Part shown: in pieces, positions 1 through 13,261 of the stretch
Numbering within the stretch: position 1 is the first letter of the stretch
Layout: each line of letters starts with the position of its first letter
Assembly (NCBI GenBank): GCA_964016885.1
Contig: OZ024752.1
Span: 14,756,001-14,820,000, forward strand
DNA from: Eledone cirrhosa
Taxonomy: Eukaryota
Direction: 5' to 3'
DNA: 64,000 bases
The notes under the pieces: model-generated
Database searches by the model: none
Told to the model about the DNA's origin: nothing
The model's input: the letters and a program-made list of their open reading frames with translations, nothing else
Program-made: the position numbers and the translations under genes

Positions 1-112
1 CTTTCATCCTTACGGGGTCGATGAAATGAAGTACCAGTCACGCACTGGGGTCGATTTAATCGACTCCCCCTCCCCTAAAATTGCTGGCCTTGTGCGTGCC
101 TATATAAGAAAC
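1..112 (+). mobile_element. tRNA-derived SINE, 3' part (related subfamily), followed by (ATT)n tail
   Basis: ctttcatccttacggggtcgat...gtaccag...aattgctggccttgtgc shared with the ~185-bp SINE repeated throughout the window. Confidence 0.8.
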
Positions 113-150
<38 letters not shown>

Positions 151-1134
151 GTGGTAGTAGTAGTACATATGACGAAGTTTGTAGTTACTGTTGTCGGTAA
201 TGTTATATTTGAAAGGTTAAAAATGTCACAGAAATTATTAATTGTAATATTATCAATATAATATTTTCTTAAGAATTATGAATTAATAAAAGTGATACAC
301 AAAGCATTCAGACCCAATGATTAGAGACTAAAACACACTTAATCCAGTGAATCAATATCTTTTAATTAATTAATGTACTTCTTTCAATATATCAACTGAC
401 ATACAACTACTTTCATTATTTTATACTTTTGTTACTCTTGTTAATACGGAAGAGATTATTCAATCAAATGTAAAGGTTTCTCGCTAAAAGAGTAAAGAAA
501 TATATCCCATCAGTGCGAGAGCATGGCATACCTAGTTTTCTTTGAATATTTGTTTCGGCATTTAATTCTTTTTCTGAGTGAAATTTTGAAAATGAAATTC
601 AATGAACGTCTGTTGTTTCTAGAATATGACACAGCATGGAGATTTAATGCAGGTTAATGTATTAACTCGATAGAATGGATCACGATAATGGCATTTAATT
701 TCACTGACAATAGTGAAGTTTTACTTTAAACGTTTGACTATACGAAAATACACGGTTATTACAGGGGTCTTTATTACATATTTAAAAATAATTCATTCAA
801 GATCATGAGTCGGAAAAGAAGAGGGGGAGATAATAGGAACAATAACATTAAAGCTGATAGAATGATAAGGGGCGTATTAAACTATTGGGAACTAATCAAT
901 TAACAGGTAGAATGTAATCGAATTTTATGGTATCTGCAGCAGATTGCGAGAGCTATAGACTCGGGTAATTGTTTAATATCAAGTATTACAGGTTTACATT
1001 AAGTGTGTGTGTGTGTGTATTCGTGTCTGCCTGTCTGTCGATCGATAATCTCCCTACTTCTATAAATATGAGGACTGTTTGTGCTATTATCCGAGTCTAT
1101 GTAAGTTTCTGTTGAGATTGTGGGATTTACTGAT

Positions 1135-1260
1135 ATATGTATATATGTATGATTATGTATATATGTATGATTATGTATATATGTATGATTATGTATATAT
1201 GTATGATTATGTATATATGTATGATTATGTATATATGTATGATTATGTATATATGTATGT
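1135..1260. repeat. 18-bp minisatellite (TATATATGTATGATTATG) x~6
   Basis: direct tandem repetition; explains the MYICMI/HNHTYI ORFs. Confidence 0.9.
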
Positions 1261-1305
1261 ATATATGTATGTATGCATATATATATATATATGTATGTAT
1301 ATATA

Positions 1306-1915
1306 TGTCCAAAGACACCCTCCTCACCAAGAAACCTTGGTGGGGTTGCCAGTTTAGTCGCCAACGACCCGACCATGGGACAGGTTGTACTGGGATACAT
1401 GTTACCAGTAGCACCAACTGGTGACCTGACCAACTGGACATCCTGCAGGACTAAAAACAAAACCTCTCAAAGGGCAAAGGAGCTCTTAAGAGTCAATGGC
1501 CATCCAAAATCACCGGGAGAGATGACCCCTTAGCCTTTGTCAAGGCAGAATTCTAGGAGAAGGAAAACTCTGATATAACACCTGCAACCCTGATGGTATC
1601 CAATGATGTTGAGTTGTTCTTCTTTTTGGTAAATATCATCTTGGTTAAGAGAGTGGGACTGGCTTTGTGCAGTGCCTTTGCTCACTATAAAAGCTTACGG
1701 CACAGGCACTGCTTTATATCTGGAGATCTATCTGCACTTGTCGTTACATGGTACCATGGGCACAGCACTATGTCAATAATTGTCACAAGTGTTTGTACCA
1801 GAGTTTACAAGTCGCTGGCTGGACTAAAAAGTCACACACGTCCAGCGCATCGGTAGGGGTTCTCCTACATGGATAAAACGTAGTGGTCGTACTCGAAAAC
1901 GAGTTGGCAGCCACC
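1306..1915 (+). mobile_element. Non-autonomous RTE-like bipartite retroposon, copy 1 (5' 135 bp inverted)
   Basis: high identity to 7344-7902 and 61097-61480; ggagaaggaaaactctg motif typical of RTE 5' UTRs; 3' part translates to VCTRVYKSLAGLKSHTR, like the RTE C-terminal C2H2 finger; flanked by (TA)n. Confidence 0.65.
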
Positions 1916-2800
1916 ATATATGTATAATAACAAAATAAGATGCTGAGGTTACATATATCGTTTAATCATCATAATTATGTTCACAGTTATCCATGTAAAC
2001 GAGATGTCCTTCATGCATTTGCTGTTGATTATGAGATCGGTTTCCTCAGATGAAAATCGATATATTTGATATGTCGCTGGCAGGAAAACACACATCCTGT
2101 GCAGCCAGCATACACATGAGTTCCTCGAAGGTTTTGCCAGCCGTCTCATTTGTTAGAAAAAGTTATCAACGAAAAAAGGCGAAAAGAACGAAGAACTCTG
2201 TGCAGCTAAACCAAGTAGACAGTTGAAGCAATAAAATGAGCTCTGAGGGAGGTGGGGTATATATTTATTTGACAACAACTACAACAACGATGACAATAAG
2301 TTCAAACCGCCGACCAAAGTTCTCCACACTGGTCGCAATAGTCGTGGTGATTCCAGCACCGTATTGACAACAACAATTAAAACAACAGCTACAATAAAAA
2401 CATTTACGACAACAGCAACAAAGGACAACAGCAAAAACACAGACCAGCGTCGTGTATACGGGTTCTTTAAGCCATATATATATATATATATATAAATTAG
2501 CGAGAATCGTATTTCGGCTTTGGAATTAACGAAAAACGACTTCCGAGATGTGTGGCAAGCGCTCAATAATTCTGACGAACCAGAGCTACAACATACGTTA
2601 AAGGCCAAACACACTGAGACGATGGTTTAACCGTCATCCGCACAACCATAGAAACGACAAACTAATTCGGGTGAAACAAATAAAAAATATGTGATTGAAA
2701 ATGATGTGATTGCCTTGATCACCTTCACCGACCAGTCTGTCGGGCGTCACTGGTCACAGCACGTCGTGCTGTTTTAGCCATAAGATAACGCCATCCCACT

Positions 2801-2849
<49 letters not shown>

Positions 2850-2871
2850 TTGGTGCTCTGAAATAGCGATA

Positions 2872-3138
2872 TATGTATGAATGTATATATAGTGTATTTT
2901 GCAATACACTGTGTGCTTAATTAAAAGCACTTCGAAGACCTTATGCTATTGTTTTAGAGTAGTGACAGTCTCACTTACTTTAATTTTCAGCAAACAGGGG
3001 AGCTTTATCTCCCCTCTTTGCTGAAAATTAAAGTAAGTGAGACTGTCACTACTCTAAAACAATAGCATAAGGTCTTCGAAATGCTTTTAATTAAGCATAC
3101 AGTGTATTGCAAAATACACTATATATACATTCATATAT
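2872..3138. repeat. Near-perfect fold-back palindrome (~130-bp arms, ~10-nt loop)
   Basis: 2872-3000 is the reverse complement of 3011-3138 with few mismatches; embedded in (TA)n. Confidence 0.9.
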
Positions 3139-3296
3139 ATATATATATATTGTTATACTTTGGGAGGGTCATGTTGCCAATGAGAAACACACGCACCACC
3201 TGCTTTCACTTCAATGTATTATAATACATTTATAAATTTAGGAATTTATAAATTTCCGGTTGGTTGGTTCCACAACCAGATGGTTGTTTATATATT

Positions 3297-3339
3297 GTCA
3301 AAGTTCTTTCGTCACACATTATGTGACATCTTCAGTGAC
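3297..3339 (-). ncRNA. Minimal type I hammerhead ribozyme in PLE pLTR
   Basis: GUCA CUGAAGA U GUCACA UAAUG UGUGAC GAAA GAAC UU UGAC. Confidence 0.75.
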
Positions 3340-3805
3340 TGGGAATTATTTTCTTTGTTTTTTGTGCCTCTCCTTTGTTCTGTCCTACGCCATCTTTTTG
3401 TGTGTGTTTTGTGTGCTTAGTTTGCGCATGTGTTACATCCGGGTGTATGTGTGTGTTTATATTCGTTTATTTATTTGTTTATTTACATGTTACTGGTTGG
3501 TTGTTTGTTCTATGTGCGTGTGTGTTTTCATGTTGTCCTTAATTGTAAGTTGTGATGTTGCTGTTCCACTCATGTTTTCTATTTAATTTTGGTTGGAGTT
3601 CCTTTATGTTTATTGCCTCTGTGATTTGTCTAAACATTGCGTCTTTTCTGTGTGTAGATTCTATTTTTATTTCTATGTTCTATGTACACACAGACACCCG
3701 GATGTAACACATGGGCAAACTAAGCACACAACACACACGCACAAAAACGAGATGGCGTAGGACAGAACAAACGAGAGGTTCAAAAAACAAAGAAAAGAAT
3801 CACCC

Positions 3806-3848
3806 GTCACTGAAGAGGTCACATAATGTGTGACGAAAGAACTTTGAC
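3806..3848 (+). ncRNA. Minimal type I hammerhead ribozyme in PLE pLTR
   Basis: GUCA CUGAAGA G GUCACA UAAUG UGUGAC GAAA GAAC UU UGAC. Confidence 0.75.
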
Positions 3849-4489
3849 AATATATAAACAACTATCTGGTTGTGGAACCAACCAACCAACCGGAAATTTA
3901 TAAATTCCTAAATTTATAAATTTATTATAATAAATTGAAGTGAAAGCAACTGGTACGTGTGTTTCTTATTGGCAACATGACCCTCCCAAAGTATAACAAT
4001 ATCGGTTTCAACCCACGTTTTCAGATAATGAATCTTGCTAAACAAATTCAGAAACGAAATATATATATATATATATATATAGCTTAAAAATGGAGTGAGA
4101 AGAAGAAAGCAAAAACTTTCCTCATCAGTTGTCGACTGGCGGTCTCGGATATTTCAACCTTTTAAAGACAATATATCTAACATCAGAGCGTTCGATAACC
4201 GGGTAAATTATTGGGAAAACGAAGAGGGAGAAAAGGAAAATAGAAGTGAAACGGCAAAACAGAAGAAAAGTGAAGCAGCGAAAACAACGAAAACGAAGCG
4301 AAGAATGTGCAGCAACTGAAATATATATACACACATACATGGTTTCCTCCCCCCCAAAATACATACACTCTTCAACACCATTATAATAAATATTGCCTGT
4401 GTATATAATGTTGGGACACACACACACCCACTCTCTCTCTCTATTTCTCACTTTAATCTATATATATAAGGATATAACTATATACACAT

Positions 4490-4561
4490 ACATACACATA
4501 GGCAAACACATACAGACGCACGCACGCACACGCACACACAGACGCGCGCACATACATACAG

Positions 4562-4659
<98 letters not shown>

Positions 4660-4731
4660 GAATTATATCGAACACTAGTAATTTTCCATTCGTTTGTAAA
4701 AAAACGACCCGATTGTGTGTGTGTGTGTGTG

Positions 4732-4818
<87 letters not shown>

Positions 4819-4820
4819 CT
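4490..4820. repeat. (CA)n and (TG)n microsatellites in opposite orientation
   Basis: direct reading. Confidence 0.95.
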
Positions 4821-4864
4821 GGACGTGAGAGTGTGTCGTTATGTGTATGAATTTAGTTATATAA

Positions 4865-5335
4865 TCTATATATCTAAAACAGAGAATGTATATCTGTCTG
4901 TCAGATCACTAAAACTCAAGAACCACCCAACCGATTGTTTTCAAACTTTTCACATGTAATACTTATGGTCCTGTGAATGTTGGGAGAAAAACAAATTTCA
5001 GATTATCAATGCCCTACGGACCGCATTAGGCGATTGAGCGATCTCTCTCTCTATAACTCTTTATCTTTCTCTTTTTAGATAGTTATATAGATATACCGTT
5101 GTGCTTTTATAATGTCTGTATGTATGTTTGGCTGTCTGCATTATGACGTTGCTGTGTGTGTGTGCATATATATATATGTATATATATAGTGTGTGTATAT
5201 ATATATATATATAGTTTGTAACGTTTTACGAAATATTTACTTCTGCGTTCACAGATTGATTTTTTTTTTCAGTTTCAGAGGATCCCGTTAAGGGTGAAAG
5301 CAGCGATACTTTGCTTAAACTTTAATCTGTTATTT

Positions 5336-5409
<74 letters not shown>

Positions 5410-5547
5410 GTGTACAGATATTTTTGTATACACAATAACAAATTATAAAAAACATATTTATTTCACGAGGCTCGATAAGGATAAATATATATCAAATATA
5501 TAATAACCATAAAGCAAATCCCGAGCAAGGCGGAGCCCTTCTGCTAC
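4865..5547 (+). mobile_element. Non-autonomous Helitron-like element (with nested repeat)
   Basis: 5' A|TCTATATATCTAAAA...ctgtctgtc; 3' cccgagcaaggcgg hairpin-like motif then CTAC|T (CTAG variant); 3' motif matches 32366-32394. Confidence 0.55.
5271..5321 (+). ncRNA. Hammerhead-like motif with CAGAGGA core (U4A variant family)
   Basis: AGUUU CAGAGGA UCCC GUUAA GGGU GAAA GCA..UGC UU AAACU; stems I-III all form. Confidence 0.55.
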
Positions 5548-5822
5548 TGTTATATAAAGTATACTTATGTAACTATATTTTACAGAGATCGACTGATGTA
5601 TTCTTCACATCTAGAGACATTTCATGGAAATATATCACACTCAGTTTACAGGGACATAGCATGTTTTGAGTCGTTCGTTATTGCGCAGTAAACCCACCCT
5701 ATATCATTCTATTTGAGATGCAATAAAATTGATATTTATTCTACTTTGATCTTCACAATCTAGTGACCAAGCTCGTTACTATCTCTCATTATCCAAGTTT
5801 TACTTTATATATATACATATAA

Positions 5823-6194
5823 ATTGTTTCTACTTTAGTCACTACGTCAGCAATTACTGGTACTTTATTTTATCGACTCCGTAAGGATGAAAGGCAAAGT
5901 TAACCTCGGCGGGATTTGAACTCAGAATGGCAAGGGCCCTAACTCTATGCGTCAAAGCATGGCGTCCGACCCTCTACCAATACTGCCAATCCACCGCCGA
6001 TCCATAATAATTGTTTCTATTTTAGGCACAAGGCCAGCAATTAACCAGTGCGTTACTGGTACTTTATTTTATCGACCCCGTAAGGATGAAAGGCAAAGTC
6101 AACCTCGGCAGGATTTGAACTCAGATCGTAAAGGGATGTAACTATGCTGGAAAGCATGGCGTCCGACCCTCTACAGATACTGCCATCCACCGCC
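5823..6194 (-). mobile_element. Two adjacent copies of the tRNA-derived SINE
   Basis: A box (tggcagta.cgg/ctg) and B box (gagttcaaatcc) on the minus strand, shared body. Confidence 0.9.
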
Positions 6195-7145
6195 GATCCA
6201 TAATAATGAGAGGTATACAGATATATGTGCATACATACATATACATGTATATATAAACATATATTTTTCACAATCTCACATACTTGTGAAAAATATGTTT
6301 ATATATAGCTGTGTATATATGTATGAACATATGTGTATTCCTCTCATTATTGTCTCTAACTTCCGGACGGTGGATTGGCAGTATCAGTAGAGGGTCGGAC
6401 GCCATGCTTTCCAGCATAGTTACGTCCCTAATGGAGTAAAGTTAGGATAAAATATACGAAGTAGTTTCAGATGTTTCAATCCTTTATTGATGAAGCCGTG
6501 ATAGATATTTCAATGGCGGCAGTGGCTACACGATTCCGCGTACCCAATGCCACGACCTCATCAGACAGCTTCTTACATAATAAGGTTACGTTCCCGAATC
6601 AATCCACATTGAAGCGACAAGGGATCGGACAAAGGTGATGTTATTGAAGCCTTCGCCCGTTCCCTTGTGAGCCCAAATTCACCTCCACAAACTTGCGCAG
6701 GCGCCAGGGTGAAAGAAGTAGAGCAGCCAAGAACCTACCACAAAACACAACAAAACTAGCCTAGGCAGGTAACACCAACCACCCTACCCCAACCCAATCC
6801 AGGGCGGTAAGGTGACATGGTCAGATGGGTTCCTCCCAGCCACTAGGCTGTAGTTTGCTGCTAGTCCTACATCTAGTGGTAGCGGATCAACACCTTGTGT
6901 TAGTGGTAGAGTATAAGTTTCAATAGGTGTCAACACTACCCCTAAATTATGCTTGGACAATAGAATAGGCCATCACCCGTGAAGAGAATATAAACATAAT
7001 TCTAGGGTCTAGATATTATGGTTTCACAATGGAAATTTTAATTTCTAATTTTCATTCTTATAAATTTTGAGTTAAAATCATGTTTGAAGTTAAATGAAAA
7101 ATTATAATAAATTATAGTTAGAAATTATGAAAGTGGATCAATATT

Positions 7146-7251
<106 letters not shown>

Positions 7252-7307
7252 ATAAATCACAGAATCCCAACAGCTAGTCCCAGATACTGAAATATGTATA
7301 TATATAC

Positions 7308-7343
<36 letters not shown>

Positions 7344-7344
<1 letters not shown>

Positions 7345-7902
7345 GTCAAGTCCCCAGTTGGTGCTACTGGTAACATGTATCCCAGTACAACCTGTCTCAT
7401 GTTCGGCTTGTTGGCGACTAAACTGGCAACCCCACCAAGGTCTCTTGGTGAGGATGGTGACTTTGGCAATCCTGCAGGATTAAAAACAAAACCTGTCAAA
7501 GGGCAAAGGAGCTCTTTGTCAAGGCAGAATTCTAGGAGAAGGAAAACTCTGAGATAACACCTGCAACCCTGATGGTATCCAATGATGTTGACTTGTTCTT
7601 CTTTTTGGTAAATATCATCTTGGTTAAGAGAGTGGGACTGGCTTTGTGCAGTGCCTTTGATCACTATAAAAGCATCACGGCACAGGAATTGCTTTATATT
7701 TGGAGATCTCTCTGCACTTGTCGTCACATGGTGCCATGGGCCCAGCACTGTGTGTCAATAATTGTCACAAGTGTAGTGTTTGTACCAGAGTTTTCAAGTC
7801 CCTGGCTGGACTAAAAAATCATACTCGTTCAGCCCATCTGTAGGGATTCTCCTACGTGGATATAAAGTAGTGGCCGTACTCGAAAACGAGTTGGCAGCCA
7901 CC
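7344..7902 (+). mobile_element. Non-autonomous RTE-like bipartite retroposon, copy 2
   Basis: homologous to 1306-1915; ends gccgtactcgaaaacgagttggcagccacc then (TA)n. Confidence 0.65.
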
Positions 7903-7934
7903 ATATATATATAGTTATTAAAATAAAAGATTAA

Positions 7935-7984
7935 AGTTTAAGCAAAGAATCGCTGCTCTCACCCTTAAAGGATCTTCTGAAACT
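7935..7984 (-). ncRNA. Hammerhead-like motif with CAGAAGA core (degenerate copy)
   Basis: AGUUU CAGAAGA UCCUUUAAGGGU GAGA GCA..UGC UU AAACU; GAAA mutated. Confidence 0.45.
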
Positions 7985-8244
7985 TATCGAGCCCTCTTTG
8001 GATTTTAGTCTTCAAATTTATTAATTTATTATTATTACTATATATAGATATATGTGTGTGTGTGTGTGTGAGTCCCGGGTTCAGTCGGGCGTAACCACAT
8101 TAAGTAAGGTACTCAATACTTTACTAGAGTATAAACAACAAAGTTAATATAGAAATTGCTTTCCTTGTAATTTCCTTCGAATGAAACAGTTGTTATCCTG
8201 TAGAAGCCATTTCTATATTAAATTTGCTGTATATTTATATATAA

Positions 8245-8392
8245 TTGTTTCTACTTTTGGCACAACGCCAGCAATTATTCCAGTGTATTACTGGTACTTT
8301 ATTTTATCGACCCCGTAAGGATGAAAGGTAAAGTTAACCTCTTCGGGATTTGAGCTCAGACCATAAAGGGCCGTATCTCTTTGCTGCAAAGC
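8245..8392 (-). mobile_element. tRNA-derived SINE, 5'-truncated
   Basis: shared SINE body. Confidence 0.85.
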
Positions 8393-9131
8393 AAAGAGAT
8401 ACGTGATATGCGTGTATGTTGTGTTGTGTGTGTGTGTACATGGAATTACTTAGAATTTAGTTAGATATGATTTGCATTCCCCATTCGTACTGCATCATTG
8501 GCTGCTGACTATTTACCTAAACAAAATATGCAATACAGCTGTGCCGTTAGAGAGCAGCATATTTCAGATCTCTTAACGCCTGTCTTCCGTGCGGACACGA
8601 ATATTTTAATAGCCATTACTCGCCTTTGCATAAAACCGTTACGGCATTTCTATGATCCCTCTTCCTGTATTGATTCACAGCATACTGGTGCTTCCGCTCC
8701 ACACTTTCCGCTTATATCACATTTGTTATATATATATCTGTGCGACACACAATAGATATATATTTTACCCAATGGGACGCACCAGCTGGCAATGGAGCGC
8801 CGTAAGTACATAACCAGCAGACACTCAGTACGATTGATGATGAAACGTTCGTTGCATTACAATTATAAACGTTTATTTATACAGGCTTTCTCTTTCTCCT
8901 CTATATCATTCTGTGTTCCACAGAACCAAAAGTTACGGCCATGTCCACAAAGCCAGAAACCGTTTCATTCTTGTAGTTTCATAATTCTTCCAAAATCTTA
9001 TTTTGCTCCTAAAAGCTGTCTCGAGTGTATATACATATGTATATATGAATAATAATTATGAAGACCAAATTCCGAAGATGGCTCGATAAGAATTATATAT
9101 ATATATATCTATATATATATATATATATATA

Positions 9132-10039
9132 CGAGGTGGGTCAGAAAAGTTCCAAGACTGATGTCACAAAAGATTTATTTCAAACCTAAACTTCACACTA
9201 AGCGTTTCCTCCTTCAAAGTAATCCCCCTGTTGTCTAATGCACTTTTCCATCCTTTTCTGACACGCTTGCTTGCACTCCTGGAAGGATTCTTCCGGGATC
9301 CTCCGCAGTTCCATAGTCACGGCCTTTTTGATGTCGTCCACGTCTTCAAAACGGGTACGATCCGGGTCGTACTCGAAGATCCATGACTCACCATCGGTGA
9401 TGACTGTCCCTAGCAAGTCTGGTTCGGTTTCAAGACGCTCGAGGAAGTGCCGGCACACTTGCATGCGTCGACCCTTCTGGTCATCGTTCATCAGTTTTGG
9501 CACCATCTTCGCGCAGTCTTTCCGCATGTCCAAATCATCAGTGAGAATCTTCCAGAAGCTGTCCCAATTCATGACCAGCTCATTTGTCATCAGTCGAACA
9601 GTCAGCCGACGATCGCTACGCATCATCTGCCTGACGCGCTCGACGTTGACCTTAGTCCTGGTTGTTGAGGGCCTTCCGCTCCTGGGGTCATCGTACACGT
9701 CCTCGCCTCCTTCTTTAAACCTCTTGCATCACTCAAAAACATGTGAGCGTGACATCGTCTCATCTCCATACACTTGCTGCAGCAATCCTAGTGCTTCTGA
9801 CGAAGTTTTCCCCAACCGTACCAAGTTTGATCGTTGCTCTGTGCTCTTTGCTTGACGACCTGAAACAGAGGACATGTATATAAAATTATGAAGAAAAAAG
9901 TTTGATCGCTGCAGAGAGCTAAGATCACAATAACATACTCCAGGGGGATTACTTTGAAGGAGAAAACTGTTCGTGTGAAGTTTGAGTTTGAAATAAATCT
10001 TTTGTGACATCAATCTTGGAACTTTTCTGACACACCTCA
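9132..10039 (-). mobile_element. Internally deleted mariner (Tc1/mariner) DNA transposon
   Basis: ~65-bp TIRs (cgaggtgggtcagaaaagttccaagactgatgtcacaaaagatttatttcaaac / its reverse complement), TA on both sides; transposase motifs LQQVYGDETMSRSHVFE, DDPRSGRPST, KMVPKL, VITDGESWIFEYDP, CIRQQGDYFEG; most of the DD34D domain missing. Confidence 0.92.
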
Positions 10040-10611
10040 TATGTTTAATATGTACGTGTATGTGTGTATATAATAAAGATCCCATAATAGGTTGGAAGCA
10101 GACATTCTTTGCTTAAACTTTAATCTCTACTACTACTATACTATTAATAATATATATATATATATATAAATATTAGTGAAGCACCAATCAATATATTAAA
10201 GTTTTAAAGGTAACACAAATTCAACATTCGCCTCTTATGTGTGAGTATGTGTTCATGTAACATGTGTATGATCAGAAATTTGTCTAACGTCTCACGTTCC
10301 GTATTTCTACAAAGGTTCCTATTTTGCTTTCTTGATCCCAACTTCTATCACCACCCACAGCATAGATTATTACTAATGAGTTTTGAATTACTTTTCCAAA
10401 GTGCTAATTTATCTTTCGCTTCATTTCCGTTAAGAAATTCATTCAATAAAAAGCCATATTTCAAAATAGTTATTATCAATAAATTTCTCGTAAGTCAGAA
10501 TTGTTAAATCAAGCCAATTATCGAATGAAAGCCAATTTAATAAAATTTATGTTTAAATGAAAACACTGCAATTCATTCACCACATTTCGGCTATTTAAGC
10601 ATAACTGCATA

Positions 10612-10655
<44 letters not shown>

Positions 10656-10930
10656 CATTCAGTTAGAGGGATGATGTGCAAACATAACTGACCAGACATG
10701 GTGATATGAGGCAAATAAAAGAGAACATTCACATTAGTTGAAATTAGCTCCCAGCAGATATTAATATAACTATAATTAATACTTTCAGATTTATAGTTGT
10801 AATCATTGGGGTTCTTGGTTATGTTAATAAATACCTCATTAAACATTTTGAGAAGCTGAGTTCCACAGAACCAGAAATAGCAAGGTTAATTAGGAAGGTG
10901 CAAGTACAGTCCATTATTAGAACCGTTAAA

Positions 10931-11115
10931 GGGCGGTGGTTTGGCAGTATCGGAAGAGGGTCGGACGTCATGCTTTCCAGCATAGTTACGTCCCTTTACG
11001 ATCTGAGTTCAAATACCGCCGAGGTTGACTTTGCCTTTCATCCTTACGGGGTCGATAAAATAAAGTACCAGTAATGCACTGGCTAATTGCTGGCCCTGTG
11101 CCTAAAGTAGAAACA
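10931..11115 (+). mobile_element. Full-length tRNA-derived SINE with 18-bp TSD
   Basis: A box tggcagtatcgg, B box gagttcaaata; TSD attattagaaccgttaaa at 10913-10930 and 11116-11133. Confidence 0.95.
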
Positions 11116-12660
11116 ATTATTAGAACCGTTAAATATGTAAACATTTTCAGAAATTGTGTCAGTAGTATGTGTCGATATGTAGGTACAAAACATTTCGATC
11201 TACTCTGTTTATTTGAGTACTTGAATTAACATACGGAATAAGAAGATTGACAAAATGTTTTACGAAATAAATATGCGTAATAAGCTATTTATAGTATTCT
11301 GGGGTGGGTATAATGAAGTAAATGTTTCAAACACCTTCAACGAACATCGTGTATCTTAAATTATGGCCTGACAGTGTAGGAAGCAGACAATTACGTCCTG
11401 AAACAGATGAGAATGTATGTGCTCTTTACTTCAGTTTTGACAAATCGTTATTCTAATTGCTCTAATTAGTACCCACAGTCAAATTACATGTATTGAATTC
11501 ATATTTAACTCTTTCAGGATAACTTGAAGTAGATTATGTAAATTATGGCATTATATTACAAAGTGAAAGGCAATTTTGACTAATTATCAGAGATGAAATA
11601 CATTTCGTAAATAATTTAGATTAAAATTTCGAAAATAATTTAGATTTTTAATTAATTGCGAGAAATACAATACCGACACAGTGTTATAAACACTGCAATA
11701 ATAAGGGTAAACATCTCTTATTTTAAACATATCTATTTTCCTACTGAGATACACCATACCAAAAGACACCACCTTGCTCATAAATGATTTTTATTGTATT
11801 ACATAGCCATTTAACTGTGAGAGAACGGTGTATTGAACTGACACACTCTCGTGTGAGTGACGTTTGTTTATCATGCAGCTATGAGAGTTAAAAGTAAATC
11901 TGACCGTATCAATCTTTGGATTTTCAAGGTTAAGCGATGAGATGATACACTAAATCAACCATATCTTGATAAATGCAAATGTAATTGATACTGAAAGAAG
12001 GTTTTCCTGGGGTAAATCTATACGAACTATAATATTTCATATAATAGGAGCAAGTGATTCATTTATATATCTGTCTTGGTAAGTCAAATATTTAAATTCA
12101 TTCGTTATCATTCGTTATCATCAACATGGCATTTCGACAATGGTTACGGTTCATTAGAATTTCCTAAAACATTTAAAGTGATGTGTACCGGAAATTTGAG
12201 AATGAATTTTATTGGGTACTAGACCTACGGATATACACACTACCAAAATACACCACTTTGCTCATAAATAAACCGTTGGCTGATGTTTCCTTAAAAATTT
12301 TTTTTTAAAAAACCATGTTCACTTAAAAATAATTTTTAAATAATTAAAATATACACACACACGCGTATATAATGTGAAATGAAACTGGAAGGCCAATATA
12401 TATACGTGTGTGTGTGTATGTATATATATATAGATGTGTGTGTATACATATATAAACACACATATATACATGTATATATATGTGTGTGTGTATATGTATG
12501 TGTGGGATTCATATGCAGTTGTCACACACACACATGCACACACACATATACATACGACCAGCTCTCTCTATCTCTCTTCCATTCTCCTTCTCTGTCGCCT
12601 CTCCCTCTCTCTGTCTCTCTTTCAATCTACTCTCTCACAACCACTATCTTTCTCTGTCTC

Positions 12661-12701
<41 letters not shown>

Positions 12702-13261
12702 TTATGAAGGTACCCAGAAAATCCCATATCTCGAGTCCGTGGTCCGATTTATGTGAAACTTGTTTCATTCCATTTGTACTCCCATTTCAGGGGCAACTTT
12801 CTTTCAAAGTATTTTCCCATTATAAATCCATTCCATTCACTAGAATAACAATAATATCCGAACTACCTTCTTCCCCAAATTTGATGAATTGAATTTTTAA
12901 TTTAAACATTAGAAACAAATGCCACAAACGACTTTGTCAACACATTAATGTTACTGTCAATTCACTGCTTCCCAACTGACATCTAATGAAAAGATGATTA
13001 TGAGGTTTATATAAAGACATGCGAAAACAATCTTTATTGATCACCACTCCCTATATACAGAGCATCGTATAAGCAGATTCGTTAGGACGTTCAATGAAAA
13101 AGGCCTCAATATTTGTTCCAGCACACTGCGTTTTGAGTTAATATCCAATCTATATCAAGTTTGCATTTCATTCCTTGGGATTCTGTAAATAAATACCAGT
13201 CGAGTCCCATCAATTAATCTAGCTCTGACCTTGTTTCTGCGACAATATTTCATTATATATC

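Larger units (their letters stand above)
3148..4001. mobile_element. Penelope-like element 3' end/pLTR in inverted arrangement
   Basis: 3148-3680 is the reverse complement of the 3' end of the PLE at 19975-21710 (includes the GIY-YIG tail ESTHRKDAMFRQITEAINIKELQPKLN); 3684-4001 is the same pLTR in + orientation. Confidence 0.85.

Noticed and set aside
6430-6960. GC-richer segment interrupting a SINE
   Set aside because: Likely a TE fragment, but no ORF, termini or second copy in the window to support a call.
7344-7480. Twister or HDV-like ribozyme at the RTE-like 5' end
   Set aside because: Hairpins and GGAGGG/UAA motifs are suggestive but I could not build the required pseudoknots by eye; needs a covariance-model search.
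10931-11115. tRNA genes at SINE heads
   Set aside because: A/B boxes present but no complete cloverleaf; many diverged copies with TSDs indicate a SINE.
11505-11891. piggyBac-type MITE (TTAA ctct...agag TTAA)
   Set aside because: Terminal match is only a few bases; too weak to call.
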